From positions 1 to 64,000 of IMG/VR virus record IMGVR_UViG_3300026521_000003: a DNA stretch of 64,000 nucleotides, one strand, 5' to 3'. The notes below the pieces were generated by a model that was not told the DNA's origin, searched no databases, and was given only the letters and a program-made list of their open reading frames with translations. Position numbers and translations under genes: made by a program. Shown piece after piece: positions 10,239 to 20,453 of the stretch (position 1 is its first letter; each line of letters starts with the position of its first letter).

Positions 10239-11600
10239 ATGAAAATAATAAACAAAGAATTATTTGAAAAACCTAGTTGTAAATTTAAATTTCTAGCAAA
10301 AGAAGGCTTTAATATACCTAATTTTTATGAAGTTGAATCAACTGATGAAATTCTTGCTATATACAAAGAATACACAGAAGGTAAACGTGAGAACCTATCT
10401 TATGATATAGATGGTTTAGTTGAAGAAGTTAATGATTATGAAATTCAAGAAAAATTAGGATATGAACCAAACGGTTTAAACCCGAAATTTGCTACAGCTA
10501 TAAAATTTGATAGTATATCTAAAAGTACGGAATTAGTAGATATAAGATGGACTGTTGGTATGACTGGAAAAATTATCCCAACTGCTATTTTAAAACCTGT
10601 AGACATTATGGGAGTAACCATTACCAAAGCATCAATGCATAACTTTGATTATTTAATGGATTATATAAACAAATATGATATTGGTATTGGAAGTAAAATG
10701 ATAGTTGCAAGGAAAGGCGATGTTATACCACAAATAATAGGTGTTGCTGACAATAAAAAAATATCGGATATACAAATACCTGATTTATGCCCAATATGTC
10801 ATGAAAAAGTACATAATTTTTCAGTTGATTTAGTTTGTGAAAATCCATTTTGTGAAGCTAAGACTAAGGGAATCTTTACTAATTTCTTCGGAACATTAGA
10901 TATAAAAGGATTAAGTGAAAAATTTATAGATAAAGCTATTGAACAATTCAATATTAAAACTATCGATGATCTTATGAAACTTACGATTGATGATATAGAA
11001 TCTCTTGAAGGCTTTGCTAGAAAATCAGCAGAAAAAGCATACAACGCCATTCATAGTGTTAAAGAAGTGAGTCCAGAACAATTTATGGCATTATTAAATA
11101 TACCAAACCAAGGTGTTCGAGTATTTGAGAATTTATTATCTGAAACACCAATAGAAAAATTACTAGATCCAGATTTTAAAGCTGAAGATTTATTAGATAC
11201 TAAAGGAATTGCAGAAAAAACAGCTCAAGCTATATATGACGGCATTCAAATGAATTTAGAAAGAATACGTGAAAATGCTGAACATTTTACCATAATAACA
11301 AAGAAAAATAAAATTCAGCATTCAAGTAAAATTACAGGAAAGTCTTTCTGTATAACAGGTACTTTGAATAAAGGGAAAAGGAAAGATTATGAAAATTTAA
11401 TTAAATCTATGGGTGGATTAGTTTCTAGTGTTAATAAATCATTAAATTATTTAGTTACAAATGACCCTGAAACGACTTCTAGTAAAATGACTAAGGTATT
11501 AAAACTTAATGCAGAATGGCATAATAATGGTGAAGATAGATCAATACAAATAATCAATGAAGATGATTTAATAAATTTAATAGGAGATAGTAATGAGTAA
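10239..11600 (+). CDS. ligA: NAD-dependent DNA ligase, C-terminal fragment (end of adenylation domain, OB, Zn finger, HhH, BRCT)
   Basis: YDIDGLV, AIKF, VGMTGKIIP, ASMHN, GDVIPQI, CPIC...C...C, HhH motifs, BRCT FCITG. No KxDG motif I. Confidence 0.85.
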   Translation: MKIINKELFEKPSCKFKFLAKEGFNIPNFYEVESTDEILAIYKEYTEGKRENLSYDIDGLVEEVNDYEIQEKLGYEPNGLNPKFATAIKFDSISKSTELVDIRWTVGMTGKIIPTAILKPVDIMGVTITKASMHNFDYLMDYINKYDIGIGSKMIVARKGDVIPQIIGVADNKKISDIQIPDLCPICHEKVHNFSVDLVCENPFCEAKTKGIFTNFFGTLDIKGLSEKFIDKAIEQFNIKTIDDLMKLTIDDIESLEGFARKSAEKAYNAIHSVKEVSPEQFMALLNIPNQGVRVFENLLSETPIEKLLDPDFKAEDLLDTKGIAEKTAQAIYDGIQMNLERIRENAEHFTIITKKNKIQHSSKITGKSFCITGTLNKGKRKDYENLIKSMGGLVSSVNKSLNYLVTNDPETTSSKMTKVLKLNAEWHNNGEDRSIQIINEDDLINLIGDSNE

Positions 11601-12057
11601 AATGGAAGAAATAGAAGTAAATGAAGCACCAGAAGAAGGATTAACGGATTTACAGGTATATGGTATATCTGGAACTGTTGTACAGCTTTTAGGATTAGTT
11701 AAGAAATATTCAATACTTGCACAAATGCAAAAAGAAATAATGAATAAATTGCCGCAAACTCAACCGATAATGAGGGAGATTTATCAATTTGAAGAAACTA
11801 AACTAATAATGGATATTCGCACACAATTTGATATGGTTTATGTTTATACATTAGATAAAACGATTGTAAATAATTTTCAGGTATTAAGAGATGGATTTGA
11901 ATCAGCAATTTTATTTTTAACTACAAATTTACAAGATGTTACAAATTTTACAGACAAAAATTATATTGAGATCCTTGATGAATTTACAGATAAACTAACC
12001 ACCCTAGCCGATGCTATAGCTACAAAATCTATTTACGAATCAAATTTTAAAATTTAA
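11593..12057 (+). CDS. Hypothetical protein
   Basis: GGAG RBS; overlaps the ligase stop. Confidence 0.6.
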   Translation: MSKMEEIEVNEAPEEGLTDLQVYGISGTVVQLLGLVKKYSILAQMQKEIMNKLPQTQPIMREIYQFEETKLIMDIRTQFDMVYVYTLDKTIVNNFQVLRDGFESAILFLTTNLQDVTNFTDKNYIEILDEFTDKLTTLADAIATKSIYESNFKI

Positions 12058-12105
12058 AAATTATTTGTAAAATATCATTAATACAATTTATAAAAAAGGA
12101 AAATA

Positions 12106-13074
12106 ATGAGTAATCTAAAAGACCAAATATGGGTTGCGAAATATGCACCATCAAACTTGAATGAAACTATCATGACTGATGAAATTAAGGAAAAAATGGA
12201 AGATTTTGTTAGAACAAAAAATATTCCTAATCTTCTTTTTGCTGGACCTGCCGGTACAGGTAAAACAACAACAGGTAAAGTATTATTGGATTCATTGGGA
12301 GTTGATGATGGAGATATTATGTTTTTAAATGCTTCTGATGTAAATAGTGTAGATGCTGTAAGAAATATGATTAAACCCTTTGCTATGAGCATGAGTATAA
12401 ATCAGGAACTACCAATTAGATTTATTTTTCTTGATGAAGCAGACCATTTATCACCACAGGCACAGGCTGCTCTAAGAAATCTTATTGAATCTAGTTATAA
12501 TTCCGCTAGATTTATTTTAACGGCAAATTATCCTAAAAAAATTATTCCTGCTTTACATAGTAGATTACAGGGATTTACTTTGGAGAAACCAGCTTTAGAG
12601 CCTATATTAGAAAGAGTTATCACAATATTAGAAAATGAAGAAGTCGAAATAGAAAATGAAGATGATTTAGTAAGTTTAATTAAAAATAATAGTACAGATA
12701 TTAGAAAATTAATTCAATTATTACAACAAAATACGATTGATACAGAAGAAGGTAAAATTTTACGCATAGTTATTAAAGAAAGTGGAGGATCAAAACTTTT
12801 TGACGATTATAGTAAATTATTCTGCAAAGGTGATGCTAAAGCATTACGAAATTTAGTTTTTTCTAAATTTACTGATAGTGATTGTGCTGAATTTTGGGAT
12901 TTAATGGTAGATGATATTATTAAATCACCTGAAAAATATGAGGAAGTTGGAGCTGGCCTTGATAATATTATTTATAATTTAAATGAAGGTCAAAAAACAC
13001 ATGAAATTGTAGCAAATAAACAGTTAAATGTTCTGGGATTTACTCTTTTAGCTTTAATTGATGAGGAAGAGTAA
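12106..13074 (+). CDS. Clamp loader AAA+ subunit (gp44/RFC-like)
   Basis: WVAKYAP, Walker A GPAGTGKTT, LNASD, Walker B LDEAD, SRL. Confidence 0.92.
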   Translation: MSNLKDQIWVAKYAPSNLNETIMTDEIKEKMEDFVRTKNIPNLLFAGPAGTGKTTTGKVLLDSLGVDDGDIMFLNASDVNSVDAVRNMIKPFAMSMSINQELPIRFIFLDEADHLSPQAQAALRNLIESSYNSARFILTANYPKKIIPALHSRLQGFTLEKPALEPILERVITILENEEVEIENEDDLVSLIKNNSTDIRKLIQLLQQNTIDTEEGKILRIVIKESGGSKLFDDYSKLFCKGDAKALRNLVFSKFTDSDCAEFWDLMVDDIIKSPEKYEEVGAGLDNIIYNLNEGQKTHEIVANKQLNVLGFTLLALIDEEE

Positions 13075-13076
13075 TA

Positions 13077-13694
13077 ATGGTGTATATAAGTATAGATTTA
13101 GAAACAACTGGTTTGAATCCTGAAACATGTCAAATTTTAGAATTTGGAGCTGTCTTGGAAGACACTAATAATATCAAACCTTTAGATGAATTACCAACAT
13201 ATCATGCATATATCAAACATCCTGGCGGAAATATTTCTGGAAATATATATGCTTTAGATCTTAACAAGGAAATTATCAGTAACCTTAAAAATGAGAAAGA
13301 CTTAAAAGATAAATATAATTTTATAAAAGTTGAGGATTTAGCTGATGATTTTCTTGCATGGTGTAAAATTCAAGGATTGGAAATCAAAGAAAGTACGCAT
13401 AAAGGTGGAACAAATTTTTCATGCACAATTAATGTTGCAGGGAAAAATTTCTCCGGATTTGATCGTAAGTTTTTAGAAAATGTACCAGATTTTACTAAGA
13501 AAATACGTATGCGACAAAGAGTAATTGATCCAGCCATTTTATTTATTGATTGGGAAAATGATACTTCAGCCCCACATTTAGAATTATGCAAACAAAGGGC
13601 AAATATATCTGGAGTTGTTACACATTTAGCAGTCGATGATGCAATGGATGTAATTAAATTATTACGAACTCAATATGCTAATAAACCAAAGTAA
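13077..13694 (+). CDS. DEDDh 3'-5' exonuclease (DnaQ-like)
   Basis: IDLETTG, GKNFSGFD, HLAVDDA. Confidence 0.85.
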   Translation: MVYISIDLETTGLNPETCQILEFGAVLEDTNNIKPLDELPTYHAYIKHPGGNISGNIYALDLNKEIISNLKNEKDLKDKYNFIKVEDLADDFLAWCKIQGLEIKESTHKGGTNFSCTINVAGKNFSGFDRKFLENVPDFTKKIRMRQRVIDPAILFIDWENDTSAPHLELCKQRANISGVVTHLAVDDAMDVIKLLRTQYANKPK

Positions 13695-13977
13695 ACTATT
13701 AAATAGTCTTAAAGAGATGTCACCGGATATTTATTTAAAACTAATATCTGTTTTACCAAATCATGAGAGTTTGGACAATTTTATAAAAGATAATAAGATA
13801 CAAAGTTATGATGAATTTAATATGGATCTATTTCAAGCATATTTAAATATTTTAAACCATATATCATTTAATACTAATAATAATTCACCAGTTAAAGGTG
13901 AATTATCTCTTAATAATACTTCGGGTGAATTGTTAATATTCGATGGTAGTAATTGGATAAATATTTCTACTAAATAG
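13675..13977 (+). CDS. Hypothetical protein
   Basis: Open ORF; C-terminus resembles the P..G.L..N......IFDG..W motif of the fibre genes. Confidence 0.45.
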   Translation: MLINQSKLLNSLKEMSPDIYLKLISVLPNHESLDNFIKDNKIQSYDEFNMDLFQAYLNILNHISFNTNNNSPVKGELSLNNTSGELLIFDGSNWINISTK

Positions 13978-14689
13978 ATAATGTCTCATATGACTTTATT
14001 ATATATCTAATAGCTTGAGACTCACTTAATTGGATCTTGATTCTATTTTCATCCAATAAAATAAGTGGCACTACATCTCTTTTCCAATATTTAGTACCTT
14101 GTACATCATCATAAGTATATAATATAATATCTAAATCAAATGTAGCCATATTATGTTGTATTATATATTCAGTTGATGGTTGATCTATACCTAATACAGC
14201 TTTAACAATCGATCTATTTTCAGAATCAATATATTGTGCAACAGTACGACCAATATACCTATAAACACTAACAGTAATATCTCCTACTGGAGGAGAATTT
14301 TCAAATGATAAAATACCGTTAGTATAATCAAACAAAGGTTGGGACGGATGTGAGGTTGGTATTTTTACACCATTTGCAAAAATATTAATAGAATAATCAA
14401 TACCATATGATGGTGGTATCAACCCATTAATAAGCTCAGAATCAATTATTAACTTCCAAGCTTTACGATCTTGTACAGTTGTATCCTCCGTCATAATAAT
14501 ATTATCTAAATATTCTATATTATTTAAAGCTGTATCTGGAGTAGATGGAATATAATCAATCCAAACTTCTTTTGCATGTGGATAAATTAAGAGGCCATCA
14601 TCCTCTTCGAACCATTGTTTATTATTTGATGTATGGCGTTTATTAACTATTTTTTTATGTGAATAATTTATTTTTGTAATGTCTGTCAT
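13970..14689 (-). CDS. Putative virion structural protein
   Basis: FDYTNGILSF...YRYIG motif; co-transcribed with the large beta-rich gene. Confidence 0.5.
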   Translation of the reverse strand: MTDITKINYSHKKIVNKRHTSNNKQWFEEDDGLLIYPHAKEVWIDYIPSTPDTALNNIEYLDNIIMTEDTTVQDRKAWKLIIDSELINGLIPPSYGIDYSINIFANGVKIPTSHPSQPLFDYTNGILSFENSPPVGDITVSVYRYIGRTVAQYIDSENRSIVKAVLGIDQPSTEYIIQHNMATFDLDIILYTYDDVQGTKYWKRDVVPLILLDENRIKIQLSESQAIRYIIKSYETLSI

Positions 14690-14691
14690 TT

Positions 14692-16668
14692 CTATCTCCA
14701 GTTATCTGAAATTTCTTCAATTTCACTTATTTCAATATCACTATATAGAACGATTTTTAAAAAATATCCGTAATTAGAATCTACCGTTGAATTTGCACCA
14801 ATCGTCCAACCAATTTCAAGTCGATCACCAATCTTATTAATATCAGTTGCGCAACCTGTACCATCTACTGTACTATTATTTGAAAAATCCTGAACATCAT
14901 ATAAAATATTTAAATCCAGCCAGCCTGTTAATGATGGAAATTTAATAAATATATCAAAATCTACACCTATATTACCCAATGTTAGTATTTTGATACGTCC
15001 ATTAGAATTAGATTTTAATGGTGCTTGAAATGACCTATAATAAAATTGGTTATCTGATGAAAATAAACTATAATCTACTGCAATACCGTAATTAGTATAA
15101 TCAGTATTCGCTTTTTTAAGTTTTCCTAAAAATTGTTGAGCATTATATTGTTCTAATAATACTTCGCTATCCCATATACTCTTCGAACCAATTAATGTTA
15201 TATCATCAAAATTTATTGAATCTGGCAATCGATAATCTTCGTCTTTAAATGTCTCTTTTAATAAATTTGAATTATTATTAATATTATTAGTATCAATTAA
15301 TAAATCTATTTTGAATGATGTAGTAGGACCCCATCCTGTTGTGACTTTTCCACCTTTTGCATATATTTCTACTTTATCAAGCATAACACCGGTTCCAGTA
15401 AAGTTAATTACATAGTCAGTTAGAATCAATCTATCATTCCAATTAGGTACTAATTCTCCAGCTAAATTACTAGATGAATCATTCCAAATAACATTACCTG
15501 CATCAGAATAAGCTAATGTTAAACTTAAAGGATGATCCCAATAAGTATTAGCAAAAATATTTTCAGCTGTTAAACTTAGATTAAATGCAATATTATCATA
15601 GAAAAACTCCACCCCAGAAATGCTTTTTGTAATCCCACTTTTTAAATAAAAATTATCAATTATAGTATTTACAATAGTTTTATCATAATCATAAAATATT
15701 TCCGATATATTAGTTGAGTAATCTCCACCCACTACATCAATATGCTTAACATAAAAGGAATGTTTCCCTGGAGAAATCGATGTTTGTCCAGATATAGTAC
15801 CTATATTTAATTCACCCGTTCCTCGTTGCCATTTTTTAAAATCATTATAACGTTCAACGGTATTTATTGTTAATATTTGTGTAGAACTACGATATAAATC
15901 TTTATTCGGATTTGCTATAATATTAGTACTTGTTCCATCATTAAGAGTTATCGTTTGATTGATATCTGGTAAAAACCCTTGAACTACACCATAATAATCT
16001 CTGCTTGTTTCATTAAAATTATTAAACAAATCAATACCATTATCAACTTCTATATTATCATATACCGCAACAATAGTACCTTGATCTGCTCTACCGAATT
16101 GTAGTTGTTGCTTATCTTTTACCATATATCCATTTATAGGCAATTCAGCAGAAAGTTTATTATCAGTTATAATATACGTTATATAATCACCATCGGATAA
16201 ATCATCTAGTCGTAATAATTCAGGGATTTGATCATTTTGTTTAGCTATTTTTCCTGATTTAAAGCCACCCACAACATTAATTACTAAATCCCCGAATAAG
16301 GGTGACGCTTCTGCTGGTGCTAAATCTTTCAATGCTTCATTAATTTCATCTACTGCTGTTGATATTTTTGTAGTAGTACTGAATTCAAACAAACCATCTG
16401 GATAATATTCGCCATCTCTTGTAAAACCAATTTCATCCGAACCCAATAAAACAACTTCTAATATATGAGGTTCATAGGGTAGTCCAGTCTGTGGATCTAA
16501 TTTCAGATTAACACTTTGAAATTTTCCAATAGAAGTATTATACCATATTCTGCCTAATCGCCACTCCGATTCAGGTGGTACAGCATTTAAAGTTTCTGGT
16601 ACTAAATTTTTAATTTTAGCATTCGGGCTCATATTTAGATGTTGTTTTAAATAAAAATCTGCTGACAT
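14692..16668 (-). CDS. Putative virion structural protein (658 aa)
   Basis: Beta-rich composition, GRIWYN adaptor-like motif, ATAAATA late-like motif upstream. Confidence 0.5.
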   Translation of the reverse strand: MSADFYLKQHLNMSPNAKIKNLVPETLNAVPPESEWRLGRIWYNTSIGKFQSVNLKLDPQTGLPYEPHILEVVLLGSDEIGFTRDGEYYPDGLFEFSTTTKISTAVDEINEALKDLAPAEASPLFGDLVINVVGGFKSGKIAKQNDQIPELLRLDDLSDGDYITYIITDNKLSAELPINGYMVKDKQQLQFGRADQGTIVAVYDNIEVDNGIDLFNNFNETSRDYYGVVQGFLPDINQTITLNDGTSTNIIANPNKDLYRSSTQILTINTVERYNDFKKWQRGTGELNIGTISGQTSISPGKHSFYVKHIDVVGGDYSTNISEIFYDYDKTIVNTIIDNFYLKSGITKSISGVEFFYDNIAFNLSLTAENIFANTYWDHPLSLTLAYSDAGNVIWNDSSSNLAGELVPNWNDRLILTDYVINFTGTGVMLDKVEIYAKGGKVTTGWGPTTSFKIDLLIDTNNINNNSNLLKETFKDEDYRLPDSINFDDITLIGSKSIWDSEVLLEQYNAQQFLGKLKKANTDYTNYGIAVDYSLFSSDNQFYYRSFQAPLKSNSNGRIKILTLGNIGVDFDIFIKFPSLTGWLDLNILYDVQDFSNNSTVDGTGCATDINKIGDRLEIGWTIGANSTVDSNYGYFLKIVLYSDIEISEIEEISDNWR

Positions 16669-16751
16669 ATATGCTCTCCGTTTTTATATCATTTTTATAT
16701 ATTTATTCGATTTTTTGTAAAATATTATTAATTCAATTAAAGAGGAACTAT

Positions 16752-17480
16752 ATGAAAAAAGAAACACTAGATGAATTAACTAAATTACAAGATGCGCTAA
16801 ATGAGTTAATAACACCAAATTGGAAAACTAATCGTAACGAATTAGATTTTATGGTTGCAAATCATCAGGAAATGGCAGAATTAATTGATACCGAATACGT
16901 CGATGCTAATGGACAAAAACATGCATTAGGTTGGAAATGGTGGAAAGGTGCTGAAGGTCAAAGGACTATGGATTCTGTTGATTGGGATTCAATGCATACG
17001 GGAGTAAAAAATAATATTAAAATCGAATTGACCGATCTACTATTTTTTACACTATCTCAAAAGGTACTTGGTGACCTGACTGGTGAAGATGAAACTGTAC
17101 AACTTAGTGAAAATGATTGGATTAACTTTGTAAGTATTTCAGCAAATAATTTACTACAACGTCCTGGTGCAGCTTTAATGCTAATCCTAGAATTGGCAAA
17201 TAAAATCGGTTTTAATATAAGTGCATATTATATCGCAAAACACACTTTAAATCATATCAGACAGCTATCAGGATATAAAGATGGAACATATGTAAAGGTT
17301 AATAAAGGTATTGAAGATAATGAATTACTACACTCTGTTATTGAAAATATTTCTATCGAAGATATAGATAATAACTTTACAAATACAGCTGATAAAATTA
17401 TTGATGATACATATGACATTTTTAATGTTGATAATAAAGATAGAATGACTGTTCTAAAATGGAAAAATATTCTAAAATAA
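16752..17480 (+). CDS. dut: Dimeric (all-alpha) dUTPase, Campylobacter type
   Basis: EMAELID, WKWWK, IKIELTDLLFF, YIAKHTLNHIRQ..GYKDGTY.K....EDNE. Confidence 0.88.
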   Translation: MKKETLDELTKLQDALNELITPNWKTNRNELDFMVANHQEMAELIDTEYVDANGQKHALGWKWWKGAEGQRTMDSVDWDSMHTGVKNNIKIELTDLLFFTLSQKVLGDLTGEDETVQLSENDWINFVSISANNLLQRPGAALMLILELANKIGFNISAYYIAKHTLNHIRQLSGYKDGTYVKVNKGIEDNELLHSVIENISIEDIDNNFTNTADKIIDDTYDIFNVDNKDRMTVLKWKNILK

Positions 17481-17490
17481 AGGTTGAGAT

Positions 17491-17916
17491 ATGGAAGATA
17501 AAAATCTTGAAGAATTATCGGAAAATGAAATAGTTGATGCATTAATCACACCCATACAACCTCCAGCTAATTCTTTAGAAGAAAGTGGAGATGAATTAAG
17601 AGCTATGGGGTTTAGAGATATTTCAGAGGCTGATGATAAACAAGTCATGGAAGAAGCTATGAAAAATATTCAGATTACTAAGCTTTTATCAGATTCATCT
17701 CGGGGGACAAAAGATAAAAAATCTATTAAAGATTATTTAGAACACCATATTAAATTTTTAGAAAGTGTGTCTCCAGGTAAATCATTAAAAGACATTGTTG
17801 AAAAAATAACCGTTGAACATGCAAAGGCAATTTTGAAAACAACAGCAAAACAAACTGATATTCCCGATTCAGTAATAAAAAAACATTTGAAAACATTGAA
17901 AAAAAAATATAGTTAA
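17491..17916 (+). CDS. Hypothetical protein
   Basis: Open ORF in an operon. Confidence 0.6.
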   Translation: MEDKNLEELSENEIVDALITPIQPPANSLEESGDELRAMGFRDISEADDKQVMEEAMKNIQITKLLSDSSRGTKDKKSIKDYLEHHIKFLESVSPGKSLKDIVEKITVEHAKAILKTTAKQTDIPDSVIKKHLKTLKKKYS

Positions 17917-17965
17917 TTGTATAATTATATATGAAAACAAATTAAAAACAAAAAGGATTTAAAAA

Positions 17966-18262
17966 ATGGCAATAGAATTTGATACAGAAGTTATGGAAAA
18001 TGCAATGAGAGCATCACTAATTATCGCTCAACAAGAAGAAATTTTAAATGAAGCTTTAGGTACTCTTGCAGCAGACTTTGGTGTAAGTAAAGGCATCGCT
18101 AAAAAAATAATTAAAGCTTTTGCAGCAGATAAAATTGAGAAAACTCAAGAAAAAATGGAAGATGAAAGAAGTGCATTAGCAAACGCAGATCTAATGTTAG
18201 AAGCTGTTGAAAATATGTCTTTTGAACCGGAAGATTTATTAGATGAAGAAACTGAAAACTAA
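17966..18262 (+). CDS. Small helical protein, possibly T4 DsbA/GapR-like dsDNA-binding
   Basis: Size and LAADFGVSKGIAKKII pattern; weak. Confidence 0.35.
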   Translation: MAIEFDTEVMENAMRASLIIAQQEEILNEALGTLAADFGVSKGIAKKIIKAFAADKIEKTQEKMEDERSALANADLMLEAVENMSFEPEDLLDEETEN

Positions 18263-18284
18263 AATTTAAATTAAGGTTTATTTT

Positions 18285-19112
18285 ATGAAAAATATCAAAC
18301 AGAATCAATCTCATAATGAATATGAGATTGAAATCCCTTTACCAATAACAAAGCCTAAAAATATATCTGTCTTTGACGATCAACAAAGAAATATAGCAGT
18401 TTTACGCATATATGGCGAAATCGATGAACCTTCAGAATATATTGAGGAGCTTTCAAAATTAAATAATTTATCACATCAATATGATGTTATTGAAATTACC
18501 CTTAATTCACCGGGTGGAAGTCTTAATACTGCTGTTGACTTAGCTTCAATAATCAATAACTTTCAACATGTTGTAACTATTGGTAAAGGTGAAGTAGCTT
18601 CTGCAGCATTTATGATTTGGACTATGGGAGATATTAAGGTTGTTACTGATTACTCCATGTATATGGCTCATAGAGAATCATATGGTATGTATGGAAAAAC
18701 TTCAGAACATAAAGCTGCTGCTAATGTTTTTGGTGAAGTATATGAAGAATTATTTGAAGATTGCTTTGGTAATATTTTAACTGAAGAAGAAAAACAAATT
18801 GCAGAAAGAAGCGAAGCATGGATTTCTTATAAAGATTTATTATCTCGCCCAGGTGTAATTTCGTATGATAGTTATATTGAACCAGCTAATCCATATTCTA
18901 TTATGGATACTTATATTTCAAATGATGGTAAAATGTTTATGTTTGATAATGAAATCGGAGCATTTAGGACTATCAAAATTAAATATGGTAATGAGATTAT
19001 TACAGATATGACCGATTACCTTTATGGAATTACGACAATTACAAAATTGCCAAAAATCAAAAATAAACCTTCTAAAAATGTAAAATTAAAGAAAAAGAAG
19101 GATAACAAATGA
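18285..19112 (+). CDS. ClpP-like serine protease (divergent)
   Basis: LNSPGGS, VASAA, YMAH. Confidence 0.75.
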   Translation: MKNIKQNQSHNEYEIEIPLPITKPKNISVFDDQQRNIAVLRIYGEIDEPSEYIEELSKLNNLSHQYDVIEITLNSPGGSLNTAVDLASIINNFQHVVTIGKGEVASAAFMIWTMGDIKVVTDYSMYMAHRESYGMYGKTSEHKAAANVFGEVYEELFEDCFGNILTEEEKQIAERSEAWISYKDLLSRPGVISYDSYIEPANPYSIMDTYISNDGKMFMFDNEIGAFRTIKIKYGNEIITDMTDYLYGITTITKLPKIKNKPSKNVKLKKKKDNK

Positions 19113-19999
19113 TACAAAATCAACCAGTAAAAGTAGATGTTGAAGAAGCACAAGATTTAGCAAATATTAAAACATCGAAAACAAAAATATGTTTAGACGA
19201 TATAGACAATTTTATTAAAGATGAAATCAGAGATAGTTTTTATATGAAATTTTCCAATGGGGATTTTGAAAAATCTTGGACAGAATATAAAACAATTCCT
19301 GTATTTTTAGCAAAAGGGAATATCTATGATTTAGTACCAGAAGGTATTTCTAAAGAGACGCATTATGTATTACGTTTAGTTGCAACATGGCATGTTGAAA
19401 AAGCATTAAACGCTTTAAAATTTGATACTGATAATGACGATAATCTCAAGATAGATAATTCCATGGGTAATATCGGCACTGCTGGACGTATAGCAAAAAT
19501 ATGGGCTGGAAATACTTTAGATTCTGAAAATATTAGAGAATATGGTGATGGAAGATTTACAAAAATGCCTAGACTTGCAGCATTTCCAGCATCTGAAAAA
19601 GATAGAAAACGTCCTGTTACGGTCAATATTGAAAATGCTGGGATTGGAAGTGTCTGTTCACATCATTTCTTACCATTTAGTATAACTAATGATAGTAATA
19701 GTAGAATTGTAATTTCATATATTCCTAAAGATAAACTATTAGGTTTGAGTAAAATTGGAAGATTCGTAGAATGGTGTTTAAATAGACCATCTTTACAAGA
19801 AGAGGTAACTGCACTAATTCACGAAAAAATTTCTAAAATTGCAGAAACTGAAGATGTATATGTTGGGCTTTTTAATATTGTTCATTCCTGTGAAACAACT
19901 CGTGGCGCAAAACAATATTCCACTACTACAACTGAAGATTATAGTGGTGTATTTGATGATCCAATTATGAGAAATACTATTTTAGATGGAATCAAATAA
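19109..19999 (+). CDS. folE: GTP cyclohydrolase I
   Basis: SVCSHHFLPF, LGLSKIGR, LQEEVT, HSCETTRG. Confidence 0.9.
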   Translation: MIQNQPVKVDVEEAQDLANIKTSKTKICLDDIDNFIKDEIRDSFYMKFSNGDFEKSWTEYKTIPVFLAKGNIYDLVPEGISKETHYVLRLVATWHVEKALNALKFDTDNDDNLKIDNSMGNIGTAGRIAKIWAGNTLDSENIREYGDGRFTKMPRLAAFPASEKDRKRPVTVNIENAGIGSVCSHHFLPFSITNDSNSRIVISYIPKDKLLGLSKIGRFVEWCLNRPSLQEEVTALIHEKISKIAETEDVYVGLFNIVHSCETTRGAKQYSTTTTEDYSGVFDDPIMRNTILDGIK

Positions 20000-20453
20000 A
20001 ATACAGATCGGAGGTTATGATACACATAACCTCAGCGATAATTCAGTTTTTTTTGCATCAAAACAAAAAAAATCAAAAATATCCTTCATTATTCACAACA
20101 TTGTAATTATAAATGATTCAGAAATATTTAAAATTTTATTAAAAAATAAGTTTATTATTCGTATAATGAAGTTTAAAGATGAAGAAACACAACAACCGTC
20201 ACTTGTTATAGACTTTGTTGATACAATATCAAATCAAATTAAGTTTAAACCTGATAAAATATTTTATAATGGTGTTGGTGTTGGTGGATTCTTATTTGAA
20301 TTAAATTATATTTCACAATGGGAAATACCTATTGTTGATAAATTACTGAGATCTTTTGTTATAGGTTCAAAAGAAGATTTTTTGGAAGTTATTAACACTT
20401 ATAATTTATTTTTAAATAGTGAGACACAGTTATTCATCGAAACCCATTTTTAA
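19986..20453 (+). CDS. Hypothetical protein
   Basis: Overlapping ORF in an operon. Confidence 0.55.
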   Translation: MESNKIQIGGYDTHNLSDNSVFFASKQKKSKISFIIHNIVIINDSEIFKILLKNKFIIRIMKFKDEETQQPSLVIDFVDTISNQIKFKPDKIFYNGVGVGGFLFELNYISQWEIPIVDKLLRSFVIGSKEDFLEVINTYNLFLNSETQLFIETHF

